From an uncultured Ruminococcus sp. (lineage in GTDB: Bacteria > Bacillota > Clostridia > Oscillospirales > Ruminococcaceae), in contig CASEVP010000014.1 of the NCBI GenBank assembly GCA_949291345.1, forward strand, positions 6,457 to 70,456: a DNA stretch of 64,000 nt, written 5' to 3'. How positions within the stretch are numbered: the stretch's first letter is position 1; the number at the start of each line of letters is the position of its first letter. The notes under the pieces were generated by a model that worked only from the letters and a program-made list of their open reading frames with translations, ran no database searches and was not told the origin of the DNA. Shown here piece by piece: positions 8,659 to 20,000 of this stretch. Position numbers and translations under genes: made by a program.

Positions 8659-11079
8659 TTATTTTACAACAAAGTTGACCAATTTCTTGGGTACATAGAT
8701 TTGTTTCAACACATTCTTTCCTTCAATTGCTTCTGCAATCTTTGGCTCTGTTGCTGCCTGATTCAGAACGGCATCTTTTTCGGCATCTGCTGCAATTTCC
8801 AGCTTTGCCCGAACCTTACCATTAATTTGCACGACAATCTCAATCATATCATCAATGCAAAGTGCCTCATCATATGTCACCCATTGCTGCTCATCCAGCA
8901 CGCCAGGACAGCCGATAACCTGATATAGTTCCTCAGTAATATGTGGTGCAAACGGATACAACAGGATCAAAAAATCTCGGAATTCCTTTTTGGTGATGCT
9001 GCCAACATCATAAATATCGTTAAGCAGTGTCATCATTGCAGCAATCGCCGTATTAAACTTCATTGCCTCAATATCTTCTGAAACTTTTTTGATGGTCTTG
9101 TGCATTTTAGAGCGCAGCATATCACTATATCCATCGCCATCTGTCATTTTCTCCTGCAATGCCCAAATTCTATCAACGAAGCGTTTACAACCCTTTACAC
9201 TGTTTTCGCTCCAAGGCGCCGCCTTTTCATAGTCACCCATAAACAGCACATACAAACGCAGTACATCAGCACCATATACATCGACAACATCATTGGGGTC
9301 TACAACGTTGCCTCTGGACTTAGACATTTTTTCCCCATCCGGTCCCAAAATCAGTCCCTGTGCTGTTCTCTTCGCATAAGGCTCCGACGTCGGCACCAGT
9401 CCCAGATCATATAAGAACTTATGCCAGAAACGGGAATAGATCATATGGCGTGTTACGTGCTCCATACCGCCATTGTACCAATCAACCGGCATCCAATAGC
9501 GCAATGCCTGCTGAGACGCAAATTCTTTATCGTTATGCGGATCGCAGTACCGTAAGAAATACCAAGAAGAACCTGCCCACTGCGGCATGGTATCGGTTTC
9601 TCTTCTAGCATCACCGCCGCACTGCGGGCATTTGCAGTGAACAAATGAATCAATCTTTGCCAGCGGACTTTCTCCATCAGTACCTGGTTCAAAATTTTTC
9701 ACCTGTGGCAATTTTAACGGCAATTCATCATAAGGTACTGCCACCATACCACACTTTGGACAATACACGATCGGAATCGGTTCACCCCAATATCTTTGCC
9801 GATTAAATGCCCAGTCTTTCATCTTATACTGAACGCCTTTTTCACCGATGCCTTTTTCCTCCAGTAAATCCAGCATCTTTGCAATAGCTTCCTTTTTATT
9901 GGTGATTCCATTAAGAATATCAGAATTAACCATTTCCCCGTCACCGGTATAAGCCTCTTTAGAAATATCGCCGCCTTTAATTACTTCAATGATATCAATG
10001 CCAAATTTTTTTGCAAAATCATAATCGCGGCTATCGTGTGCAGGCACCGCCATGATCGCACCGGTACCATAGCCCATCATAACATAATCAGAAATGTAAA
10101 TTGGAATTTCCTTGCCGGTAATGGGATTAATCGCCGTCAGGCCATCAATTTTCACACCGGTTTTTTCCTTTACTAGCTGTGTTCTCTCAAATTCACTCTT
10201 CTTTGCACACTCTGTTCTATATGCATCCAGCTCAGCAATATTTGCAATGCTATCCCGATACTTCTGAATCATTGGATGTTCCGGTGCAATAACCATAAAT
10301 GTAACTCCATAGAGCGTATCCGGTCTAGTTGTATAGATTCGCAAAGTTTCATCTTGCTCTTTAATAGAAAAGTTGACAAAAGCACCAGTCGATTTTCCAA
10401 TCCAATTTTGCTGCTGCAGCTTGACATTTGGCAGATAATCTACCTCTTCCAATCCCTCCAACAGCTTATCGGCATATTCTGTAATTCGAAGGTACCATAC
10501 TTCCTTAGTCTTTTGAATGATATCACTATGACAAATATCACATTTACCGCCCTGGGAATCCTCATTTGAAAGTACTACCTTACAACTAGGACAATAATTG
10601 ACCAAAGTTTTATCCCGAAATGCCAATCCTTTTTCAAACATTTTCAGGAAAATCCACTGTGTCCATTTATAATACCCTTCTTCTGTAGTATCTATAACTC
10701 TAGACCAGTCAAAAGAAAATCCCACTTTTTTCAGCTGTCCGGTAAACTTAACAATGTTTTCATCTGTTACCTTACGAGGATGCACACCAGTTTTAATTGC
10801 TGTATTTTCCGTAGGAAGCCCATATGCATCGAATCCAATAGGAAACAACACATTATAGCCCTGCATCCGTCTCTTACGGCTGACTACTTCTAATCCGGAA
10901 TAGGCCTTGATATGTCCCACATGCATACCGTGACCAGATGGATATGGAAATTCAACCAGCGCATAGAATTTTGGTTCAGAATATGTTTCCTTCGCACGAA
11001 AAGTACCATGTTCCTCCCAGTATTTCTGCCACTTGGATTCCACAGCAGCAAAATCATATTTATTGTTCATGTATATCAT
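8659..11079 (-). CDS. leuS: Leucine--tRNA ligase
   Basis: FPYPSG..HVGH, NWIGKS, TTRPDT, RQRYWGEPIP, KMSKS; start may be 11070. Confidence 0.97.
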   Translation of the reverse strand: MIYMNNKYDFAAVESKWQKYWEEHGTFRAKETYSEPKFYALVEFPYPSGHGMHVGHIKAYSGLEVVSRKRRMQGYNVLFPIGFDAYGLPTENTAIKTGVHPRKVTDENIVKFTGQLKKVGFSFDWSRVIDTTEEGYYKWTQWIFLKMFEKGLAFRDKTLVNYCPSCKVVLSNEDSQGGKCDICHSDIIQKTKEVWYLRITEYADKLLEGLEEVDYLPNVKLQQQNWIGKSTGAFVNFSIKEQDETLRIYTTRPDTLYGVTFMVIAPEHPMIQKYRDSIANIAELDAYRTECAKKSEFERTQLVKEKTGVKIDGLTAINPITGKEIPIYISDYVMMGYGTGAIMAVPAHDSRDYDFAKKFGIDIIEVIKGGDISKEAYTGDGEMVNSDILNGITNKKEAIAKMLDLLEEKGIGEKGVQYKMKDWAFNRQRYWGEPIPIVYCPKCGMVAVPYDELPLKLPQVKNFEPGTDGESPLAKIDSFVHCKCPQCGGDARRETDTMPQWAGSSWYFLRYCDPHNDKEFASQQALRYWMPVDWYNGGMEHVTRHMIYSRFWHKFLYDLGLVPTSEPYAKRTAQGLILGPDGEKMSKSRGNVVDPNDVVDVYGADVLRLYVLFMGDYEKAAPWSENSVKGCKRFVDRIWALQEKMTDGDGYSDMLRSKMHKTIKKVSEDIEAMKFNTAIAAMMTLLNDIYDVGSITKKEFRDFLILLYPFAPHITEELYQVIGCPGVLDEQQWVTYDEALCIDDMIEIVVQINGKVRAKLEIAADAEKDAVLNQAATEPKIAEAIEGKNVLKQIYVPKKLVNFVVK

Positions 11080-11199
11080 TCCTTCTATTTCTTATTTCAG
11101 CAGCACAGCGCAAAGACCATGCAGCAAATGCATTACAAATTCGCTTTAAACATTCTTTATGCTGTGCTGTTACGACTTTCATTATTTCACTCTCATATC

Positions 11200-11535
11200 T
11201 CACTTCATTTTTGCATGAAAATATGTCTTTACATTTTTTTCAAATACCAAAATAGCTGCTGCCCCAATGTCTAGCAATCCCTCTAGTAAATAGAGCCAAT
11301 TACTAGAAATATTACGGATATTTTCTCCCACATGCAGCAAAAACATAAGTGCCAAAAAAACAGCTACAATATAATTGATATATGGCAAACGATTTAACAA
11401 CAACACCAATGCCACTACACCGACAATCAGCATCATCAAATTAGAAACATTAAAACCCAGAATCAGATTCAAAACGGCTTTCACGATCATATAGAGCCCA
11501 ATAATGAAAGCCCATTGTTTTCCTTTCGCTTCCAT
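11200..11535 (-). CDS. Small hypothetical membrane protein (about 4 TM)
   Basis: Highly hydrophobic 111-aa ORF with GGAGG RBS, co-oriented with neighbours. Confidence 0.75.
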   Translation of the reverse strand: MEAKGKQWAFIIGLYMIVKAVLNLILGFNVSNLMMLIVGVVALVLLLNRLPYINYIVAVFLALMFLLHVGENIRNISSNWLYLLEGLLDIGAAAILVFEKNVKTYFHAKMK

Positions 11536-11628
11536 AGAACAATTCCTCCCTTACTTTCTTTTCCGTCAGCAATGTACAAAGCATAGATTGTCAGATAAAT
11601 TTTGTATGCATTGCCGGATATCACCAGA

Positions 11629-12000
11629 TTATTCTGCACGATTGGGTTTCAGCCACGCAGAAATATCTATTTCTTCCGCATCTGCCCATAGTCGTTCCAA
11701 CTGATAAAATTCTCTTGTCTCTTTATAAAAAATGTGCACAATCACATCAGCATAATCCAAAACGACCCAGTTTGATCCATTTCCTCTGCCCTCTCGATGC
11801 ATTGGCTCAATGCCCTTTTGGGACATCTGATACTCCACTTCATCTGCCAACGTTCGGGTATGTGTGGTACTGGTACCATTGGCGATAACAAAAAAATCAC
11901 CCAAAATCGTCAGATCCCGCACACGCAATACTTTAATTTTTTCTGCACGTTTGCTGTCCAGTGCTTTTACAATCACTTCCAATACTTCTTGCTGCGTCAT
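11629..12000 (-). CDS. rsfS: Ribosome silencing factor
   Basis: ALDSKRAE, DFFVIANG, WVVLDYADVIVHIF, REFYQLERLW. Confidence 0.95.
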   Translation of the reverse strand: MTQQEVLEVIVKALDSKRAEKIKVLRVRDLTILGDFFVIANGTSTTHTRTLADEVEYQMSQKGIEPMHREGRGNGSNWVVLDYADVIVHIFYKETREFYQLERLWADAEEIDISAWLKPNRAE

Positions 12001-12020
12001 ATCCAATTCCTTTCTATATT

Positions 12021-13322
12021 TCAATCCATCTGCTGTCCGTCGTCACTGTCGCCTTTATGAATATCTTCTAGATTTTCCTTTGTATCATCATATACTGTTG
12101 CCTGATATTCTCCTTCTGGCACCAATTCCACAATGGTGCTTTCCTCTGGATAGATTTCATTCTGATACGGTCGAAAATAGGTATTGAGCAAATCAATGGT
12201 GGCTCCCTTATGAATCGAGTATACCGACTGTTGAGAACCATCTCCGGGATAATATGTTGCTCCTTCTCCGGGCACCATAAACACATTCACGGAATCCGTG
12301 GTCAGTCTTTGGGAAGCAAAATCTGCAAGCATACTGATTTGTTCCAGTGACAGATCAGTAGCAATCCACTGATTCTTATAGATTTTCTGCATAGCTGACA
12401 AAAGTTCTGTTTGGCTCATATCCAGCATTTTCTGCATGGCTGCTGCTAGAAAAATACGCTGTGCTTTCACTCGACCAATATCACCTTCCGCATAACCGTG
12501 ACGAAAACGCACGAACCACTCTGCCTGTTCACCATTTAGTACCTGTTCACCTGCAGGCAGTATCTTATCGGCTTCATAAGTAATCCGCTCCGGCAGAGTG
12601 ATTGGAATGCCGTCGATTGAATCCACGATATTGGCAATATCATCACAGTTCAGTTTCACGTAACAGTCAATGTAGATACAGAAATTTTCTTCAATTGCAT
12701 TCACCACACGCTGAATTGGCGTAACGCCTGTTTCCTGTCCACTGTGATAGATACTATTGAATTTACAAGTAGATGGGGATGCATAATCGGGCATAAAGGA
12801 ATCGCGGGGAATCTGTAAAATATTCATTGTACCTGCGATGAGATCAAACTGGAAAACCCAGTCAACATCCGATAGTTCTCCGCTTTCATCCATCCCGAGA
12901 AACAATACAGTATATTGTCCTTCAATCGTTTGATCCAGATCCAATCCATCATCCATATCCGAATCCAAATCACTTTTTAGATTCAATGCAGACAAATCTG
13001 CTGAATCCACCTTTGAAAGAGTTCCTTCCAGTTCTACCAGTGGCTGCTTCATCTTCCAGTACTTAAGTACAGAAACCTGCTGTGTGGTAATTGTGCTGCC
13101 TTTTACCGTCTCAAAATTAATAATCGGAACATTGCACACCATAATGACAATCAGCACTACACTGATCAGAATACTGGTCACAATGATTGCAAGATCCTTT
13201 GGCGTACTTTTCCGTTTTTGCGGTACATAATATCTCTCGTTATTTCTTCCATAATAATCATCGTTTATATAAGATTCTTGTCTCCGGTCATAGCCGTCTT
13301 TTCGAAAATCCTTTTTTTTCAT
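12021..13322 (-). CDS. LCP (LytR-CpsA-Psr) family protein
   Basis: N-terminal TM, LFLGMD, QIPRD, KFNSIY, FVRFRH...GDIGRVKAQR. Confidence 0.9.
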   Translation of the reverse strand: MKKKDFRKDGYDRRQESYINDDYYGRNNERYYVPQKRKSTPKDLAIIVTSILISVVLIVIMVCNVPIINFETVKGSTITTQQVSVLKYWKMKQPLVELEGTLSKVDSADLSALNLKSDLDSDMDDGLDLDQTIEGQYTVLFLGMDESGELSDVDWVFQFDLIAGTMNILQIPRDSFMPDYASPSTCKFNSIYHSGQETGVTPIQRVVNAIEENFCIYIDCYVKLNCDDIANIVDSIDGIPITLPERITYEADKILPAGEQVLNGEQAEWFVRFRHGYAEGDIGRVKAQRIFLAAAMQKMLDMSQTELLSAMQKIYKNQWIATDLSLEQISMLADFASQRLTTDSVNVFMVPGEGATYYPGDGSQQSVYSIHKGATIDLLNTYFRPYQNEIYPEESTIVELVPEGEYQATVYDDTKENLEDIHKGDSDDGQQMD

Positions 13323-13435
13323 AAGGGTGTTTCATCCTTCCCGGCGCACTTGCCACATTCACTCTTCTTTATTCTGATCATCATTCTTTCAAAAAACGTT
13401 CGGCGGCTTAATACGAAATCTATCGCATCGGTTAT

Positions 13436-14020
13436 TTAATCCGCTTTTCGATGCAGATTTGTCAAAACTTCATTATACGCTTCTACAGTGTGATGAGGAA
13501 TATATGCACAACGTTTTACTAATTTTTCCAGAGAATATTCCAGTGCATAATGCATCCCCTCATCCAATCCTCGGTTTGCTTTTTCCCGCATCACATCCAC
13601 ATCCGGATAGTCCCGTTCTTTGGAAATCATATCCGCTAAATACACTATTTTTTCCAACGGAGACATGCCCGCGCGTCCAATGGTATGATATCGTACTGCC
13701 CGAAGAATATCCATATCGGTAACATGAAACTGTTTTCTCAGCATCTCTGCTCCTGCAATACCATGCCACACTTTAAATGATTTCCGTTCTTCCTCGCACA
13801 CATCCATTGTCGATTGCATCATGAGAATATACTGTATCTCTTTCGGTTCTTCCTTACAGATATCATGTACCAGACCAGCAAGTTTTGCCTTTTCGGGACT
13901 AACCCCTCCAAACTGTTTTGCCAGTGCACAACTCGCCGCCGATACATTGACCGAATGCGTGTACCGTTTTGCAGAAAGATGTTCTTTCAGGTATCTCCTA
14001 TACGCTTCCAAATCCATCAT
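13436..14020 (-). CDS. yqeK: HD-domain symmetrical Ap4A hydrolase YqeK
   Basis: KRYTHS, AGLVHDICKE, RYHTIG, LEKIVYLAD; follows nadD. Confidence 0.92.
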   Translation of the reverse strand: MMDLEAYRRYLKEHLSAKRYTHSVNVSAASCALAKQFGGVSPEKAKLAGLVHDICKEEPKEIQYILMMQSTMDVCEEERKSFKVWHGIAGAEMLRKQFHVTDMDILRAVRYHTIGRAGMSPLEKIVYLADMISKERDYPDVDVMREKANRGLDEGMHYALEYSLEKLVKRCAYIPHHTVEAYNEVLTNLHRKAD

Positions 14021-14076
14021 ATCCAGCAGGAACTCCTTTCCCCGATTTGCTTTATAATAATTCAGCACATGTAATG

Positions 14077-14679
14077 CTATTCCAGATACAATTTGTGAGA
14101 TATTATATATTGTACTACTTTTTCCGGCAAATAGCAAGAAAAATCTCCGCCTTTTTTTCGAATTTCCCGAATTTTTGTAGAAGATATTGTGTAGGCTTGT
14201 GCATGGCACAGAAAAATTTTGCCATATTGCAACAAAATTTTACGATGTGCCTCCAACGCTTCCGTATCATCTCCTTCACGTGAAACTACTGCCAACCCAG
14301 CATTTCTTAGAATTTCCTTGTACCGATGCCAACGCTGAAATGATAAAAACATATCACTTCCCACTAAAAGAACCAATTCTGCATTCGGATACTGCCTCCG
14401 AAAATATACAACAGTATCCACTGTATAGCTGACACCATCTCGACGTATTTCACAGTCATCCACAAAACAATACGGCAGATTCTCTACTGCCAGCATACAC
14501 ATGTCATAGCGTTGTGCACCAGACGCAATTCCCGTCATATGCTGCTTAAACGGCGAAATCCCCGCCGGTATAAGCACTACTTTCTCCAAATTCAGTTCCT
14601 GTTTTGCACTTTCTATCAAATGCAAATGCCCATTATGAATTGGATTAAAGCTCCCTCCAAACAATCCAATGCGACTCAT
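14077..14679 (-). CDS. nadD: Nicotinate-nucleotide adenylyltransferase
   Basis: GGSFNPIHNGH, SYTVDT, ISSTKIR. Confidence 0.96.
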   Translation of the reverse strand: MSRIGLFGGSFNPIHNGHLHLIESAKQELNLEKVVLIPAGISPFKQHMTGIASGAQRYDMCMLAVENLPYCFVDDCEIRRDGVSYTVDTVVYFRRQYPNAELVLLVGSDMFLSFQRWHRYKEILRNAGLAVVSREGDDTEALEAHRKILLQYGKIFLCHAQAYTISSTKIREIRKKGGDFSCYLPEKVVQYIISHKLYLE

Positions 14680-14969
14680 CAGAACACAATCACTGGCTCT
14701 TTGGGATTACGCTTAAATAAAATCAGCCGGTTTCCAATCACTTGTACCACTTCTGACGCTGTTTTTTCCGCCAACACCTGTGCCACCTCACGAGCATCCA
14801 TCGGACAATTATCCAGCACATGCATTTTTATCATTTCCCGTTTACGCAGTGCATCTTCCACCTGCTTTACCAGCGTATCGCTAATACCGCTTTTCCCCAC
14901 TTGAAAAATAGTCTCATATGTACTAGCAATTCCACGCAGTACAGCACGCTGTTTACTTGTTAACATCAT
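14679..14969 (-). CDS. yhbY: YhbY/CRM RNA-binding protein
   Basis: [26 protein letters not shown]. Confidence 0.93.
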   Translation of the reverse strand: MMLTSKQRAVLRGIASTYETIFQVGKSGISDTLVKQVEDALRKREMIKMHVLDNCPMDAREVAQVLAEKTASEVVQVIGNRLILFKRNPKEPVIVF

Positions 14970-15591
14970 TATCTACTCCTTCCTTAATTACGATACCGCT
15001 GCCTTCTCCATGCGTTTCCAGATATACCTGAAGCTGCTGCAACGCTTTGCCCCGATGACTGATCTGGTTTTTTTCCGTATCGGTCATCTCTGCCATTGTC
15101 TTTTCTCCGCAGCAAAACACGGGATCATATCCAAACCCATTTTCTCCCACAGGGGCTTCTCCAATTGTACCTTCACAAGTTCCTTTAAAAAAGAGCGTTT
15201 TTCCCTGTGCATCGATATAACACAGCACACACACAAATCTTGCTGTACGCTTTTCCGGTGGCACACCTCGTAACATACAAAGCAATTTTTCCATTCTCTG
15301 GGCATCCGTAGCGCCCTCTCCGGCAAAACGATGGGAAAAAACACCCGGAGCACCGTCCAGTGCATCCACCATCAAACCACTGTCATCAGCAATAACGGGG
15401 CAATGCAGCTTTTCATACACTGCGCGTGCTTTCAGCATTGCATTTTCGGAAAAATTCTTTCCGGTTTCTTCCACCTCTTCGATAAATCCTGCTGCTTTCT
15501 GTGAAACTGCCTCCAACCCAAAGGGTTCCAGTATTGCTTGAATCTCACGTAATTTTCCAGAATTATTGGATGCAATGACTACTTTTTGCAT
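14953..15591 (-). CDS. rdgB: Non-canonical purine NTP pyrophosphatase
   Basis: [31 protein letters not shown]. Confidence 0.95.
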   Translation of the reverse strand: MQKVVIASNNSGKLREIQAILEPFGLEAVSQKAAGFIEEVEETGKNFSENAMLKARAVYEKLHCPVIADDSGLMVDALDGAPGVFSHRFAGEGATDAQRMEKLLCMLRGVPPEKRTARFVCVLCYIDAQGKTLFFKGTCEGTIGEAPVGENGFGYDPVFCCGEKTMAEMTDTEKNQISHRGKALQQLQVYLETHGEGSGIVIKEGVDNDVNK

Positions 15592-15593
15592 GA

Positions 15594-17033
15594 TTATTCC
15601 TCCTCAGGTGATTCAAACAGCGCACGTACAAAATCAACTGCCCGGAATGGCTGCAAATCGTCAATTTTTTCACCGACACCCACCAGTTTTACTGGGATAC
15701 CCAGTTCATTCCGTATCGAAACAATAATACCGCCTTTCGCAGTACCATCTAGTTTAGTCAACACAATGCCCGTAATATCTGCAACTTCTTGAAAAAGTTT
15801 GGCTTGATTGACCGCATTTTGTCCTGTAGTAGCATCCAGCACCAGCAGAATCTCACGGTGACACCCCTCTGCCCGTGTCTCAATAATGCGGTTCATCTTA
15901 GCAAGTTCCTGCATCAGGTTTTTCTTATTATGGAGTCTTCCTGCCGTATCACAGATCAACACATCGCAGTCTCTTGCCTTTGCAGCATCTATAGCATCAT
16001 ACACCACCGATGCCGGATCAGAACCTTCGGTATGTTTTACAATATCCACACCCGCACGCTGTGTCCAAACCTCCAGCTGATCAATTGCCGCTGCACGAAA
16101 CGTATCTGCAGCTGCAACAAGTACTTTTTTTCCCTCAGACTGCAGTTGATAACAAAGCTTTCCAATCGTAGTTGTTTTTCCCGCACCATTGACACCGATT
16201 ACCATAATGACCGTTGGCTTTGTAGGGCACTCCAGTGTTTGATCCTCACCTAACATTTCGGTAATAATTTCCTGAATCATTCCCATGATTTCCTGTGGAT
16301 CTGTCACGCCACGTCCCTTGACACGCTGCCGTAATGTATCACAAATTTGTACTGACGTTTGCGCACCCAAATCACTCATGATCATTGTCTCTTCTAATTC
16401 ATCAAACAGATCATCATCAATTTTTGTAAAATTACCAAGTACCTTCTGCATCTGGGAAACCATAGCATCTTTGGTTTTGCGCAAGCCTTCCCGAATCTTT
16501 ACAAACAGTCCCTTTTTCTCTGCCTTTGCTATGCTGCCCGGTATGCTTTCCTTAAGAACCGACTGTTCAGGTGTCACACAAGCATCTTCGTTTATTTCCG
16601 ATGGTATTTCATCATTGATCATCTTTTCTGATTGCTCCGGTTCTTCCTCCACAATCTTCTCTGGTTCGGCATCTTCTTCAGCGATCAACTGTGCCTCTGG
16701 TTCTTCTGTCACAACAGCACCCGTCGCCTCCAATGCCGCCTGCCGTGCCAGTGCAACCGCCTCTTTTCTCTGCTCTTCTTCCAACATCGCCTGCTGCGCC
16801 GCCTGCCGTGCCCGTTCGATTTCATCTTGTTCCTGCGCCGCCCGTTCCGCAATCGCAGAGGCTGCAATCTCTTCATATTCGTCTGCTTTACCAGCATCGT
16901 TATCTGCGTCTTGATCTATTTGCTCTGAAATCGCTTCTTTTTCTTGGTCTATTTCTAAATCCTCCTGTTTTTCTTTTGCACGTTTCCAAAATGGTACACT
17001 TTTTTCCTTATTCTTTTTTCCGAACAATCCCAT
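15594..17033 (-). CDS. ftsY: SRP receptor FtsY with acidic N-terminal region
   Basis: [32 protein letters not shown]. Confidence 0.97.
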   Translation of the reverse strand: MGLFGKKNKEKSVPFWKRAKEKQEDLEIDQEKEAISEQIDQDADNDAGKADEYEEIAASAIAERAAQEQDEIERARQAAQQAMLEEEQRKEAVALARQAALEATGAVVTEEPEAQLIAEEDAEPEKIVEEEPEQSEKMINDEIPSEINEDACVTPEQSVLKESIPGSIAKAEKKGLFVKIREGLRKTKDAMVSQMQKVLGNFTKIDDDLFDELEETMIMSDLGAQTSVQICDTLRQRVKGRGVTDPQEIMGMIQEIITEMLGEDQTLECPTKPTVIMVIGVNGAGKTTTIGKLCYQLQSEGKKVLVAAADTFRAAAIDQLEVWTQRAGVDIVKHTEGSDPASVVYDAIDAAKARDCDVLICDTAGRLHNKKNLMQELAKMNRIIETRAEGCHREILLVLDATTGQNAVNQAKLFQEVADITGIVLTKLDGTAKGGIIVSIRNELGIPVKLVGVGEKIDDLQPFRAVDFVRALFESPEEE

Positions 17034-17061
17034 CTTTCACACCTGTCCTTTCACTCACTAC

Positions 17062-20000
17062 TTATAATCCTTTTCCTATTTCCGTTGGCTCTGCATCATA
17101 TGCCGAAGATACCAACTCCTCCTGCTCCATACGTAAAAGTCGGGAGACACCATCTTCTTGCATTGTCACACCATACAGTACATTTGCCTCTTCCATAGCA
17201 CTTCGGCGATGCGTCACCAAAATAAATTGTGTTGTATCCGTGAAATGCTGCAAATATTGTGCATATCGTCGAACATTTCCCTCATCCAATGCCGCATCAA
17301 TTTCATCCAGCACACAAAACGGTGAAGGCCGCAGCCGTAATATCGCAAAATAAATTGCAATTGCCACAAAAGACTGTTCTCCCCCTGACAAAGCGATCAA
17401 ATTCTTTATCACCTTTCCGGGCGGTGCAACCTTGATTTCAATACCAGACTCCAAAACATTTTCAGGATCCGTCAATTCCAGATGTGCCTCGCCGCCGCCA
17501 AACAGATCTCGGAAGATTTCACGAAAGTGATCGTTTATCACTGCAAAGCTCTCTGAAAAGATACGCTGCATCTCTTCGGTTAATGACCCGATCAGCGACT
17601 CCAGTTCCTGTTTCGCTGTCTCGGCATCCTGCATTTGTGTTGATAAAAATTGATACCTCTTAGAAACCTCTTCATATTCTGCAATCGCTGCAACATTGAC
17701 TGTCCCCAATCCCCGTATACGGCTTTTTAATGTCTGAAGGGTACGCCCTGCCTCCTGCAAATCTTCCAGAGGCTGAGCGACCCCCTGTGCCTCCGACAGA
17801 GATAGCTCATACTGCTCATACAGTTGTCTCACAACATTATCATAATCTGCCTGCACGGACAACTTTTTCTCTTCAAAACGGCTCATTTCACCAGCATACT
17901 TTTCCCGCGCAGCATTGATTTCCTTCAGACCATTTTGAATCTGCCGTATCTGCTGATCTTGAGATTCATGCACTTTCTGCCAGTGCAGGATCTTTGACTG
18001 ACTTTCCATGCGAAGCTTCCTGCCCTGTTTTATTTTTTCAGCATCAAGAACTTTTTCTGCCTGTTTCTGTGCAATACTATCTTTCTGCACGGAAATATCT
18101 TTGTCTAGCTGTGCCAGCTTCTCCTGCATCAATTGTTGCTGTGATGTCTGTCCCTGCATCTCCTTTGATAACGTTTCAATATCCTTTTCCAACTCTACCT
18201 GTCCCAGTTTTAGCTGTGATCGGCGCTGTGCAAGTTTTTCTTGTTGTATCTGCAAGGCGCTGCGCTTCTCATTTGCAGAATCCAGCATCTGCTGCGTCTT
18301 TGTAATGGAAGTTGAAACTTCTTCCCCCTCTTGTTTTGCAGCACTATTTTTCTGTGTGGTTTCTTCCAATCGTGTCTGCAGCCCTTTGCCTCGTGTTCTT
18401 GCCTCCGACAACCGTTCTTTCGACTGCTGCAACACATAACGGCACTTTTCCATCTGGGCATCTGCTTCAACCGAAACACTCTCTGCCTGACGACAGGATT
18501 CTGTATATTTCTGCATTTGCTGATGTAGGCTGACAGATCGTGCCTGTATCTTTTGCAACGCCTCAAAAGCTGTTTTTTCCTGCTGCTCCAGTACGGCAAT
18601 ATCAGAAGACAATGATTCCAGCTCTGCGCGGCGTGTCAGCATACCGCCGGAACGCTGTGCAGAACCACCGGTAAATGTACCTCCGGCATTGATTACCTGT
18701 CCGTCTAGTGTGACGATCCGGAATCGATACTGATATACCTTAGCAATTTCCGCAGCCGCATCCAGATCTTCTGCAACAACAATTCTCCCTAACAAGTAGG
18801 AAACAATGGCTTCATATTGTGGGGCATACCGCACCAATCCAGATGCCACATTCACATACCCTTGCATTCGTTCCAGTCCCGTTTCACGAAGTGGTCTTCC
18901 CCGCACAGAAGTAAGCGGCAAAAATGTCGCTCTTCCTGCACGATTCTGTGCCAAAAATCGTATCCACTGTTTTGCCGCATTTTCATCAGCCACGATCAAA
19001 TTCTGCATTGCACCACCTAATGCCGTTTCAAGTGCCACACCATATTTCTGATCCGTTGTAATTAGTTGTGCCACTGTACCAAACACACCTCTTGGTGCAC
19101 CGCCTTCTGCTCGAAGGACGGCTTTGACGCTGCCGGAAACCCCCTCCATATTGCGTTCCATATCCTGCAGCAGCTTCTGCCGCTGTCGCTTATCTCGCAA
19201 TGCAAATGATGCCTGTTCCTGTGCTTTTTTCCCCATTTCCAATTCTGCGGTTGCATTCGCGTACCGTTTCTGAAATCCGTCCCGCTGATTCTGCATTTGC
19301 AGTAACGTCTCTTTGGATTGATTGGCGTGCTGCTCTGCCTCCTGATACATTTTCTCTTGTTGATGATAAGCTTCCTCCAGTGCAAGATATCTTATCTGAT
19401 GTTCAGCAATCTGTGCCCGCAATTCTTCCTGCTGTCCTGCTGTCGTTTGCTGCAACACACGCAGTTCACTCTGTCTCACATAAAGCTGCTGCAAAGCCGC
19501 ATGTGTTTGTTCATATTCTTTTCCACGCTGTGATGCTCGATTTTCTAGCGCATGCCAGTCCCTTTCCGCTTGCTCTGCCTGTAAAAGCAATTCCTCTCTC
19601 TTTTGTCGCAGCCGCACAGCCTGCTCTGCCAGCGATGCCGTCCTTTCCTGCATTTCCTTTTTTTGCGCTTTCGTTTCTTCCTTCTGCCTCTCCAAGCTCT
19701 GCTGCATTTGCAGTCCATGACGAATCTCATTTTCACAAACTGCCACTGCTGCTTGCAGTTTTGCGGTTTCCTCTTCCGACCGCTGTATTTTTTCCCGAAT
19801 TGTTTCTATCTGAATTGTGCATTCCTGCATCCGTCGATAACCTTCCTGCACCTTTTGGTCTGCATGATTGATCTCCAGTTCCGCATTCTGATATTCCGCC
19901 TGCACCTGTAAATAACCATCTGTCAGTGACTGCAATTTTTCCCGCAGACCCGCCAGACGCCGCACCCACAGCGAGATTTCCAACTGTTTCTGTTGTTCAG

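Noticed and set aside
11085-11195. T-box riboswitch upstream of leuS
   Set aside because: Only about 120 nt with one stem (CAGCACAGC/GCTGTGCTG); no UGGNACC antiterminator bulge or terminator
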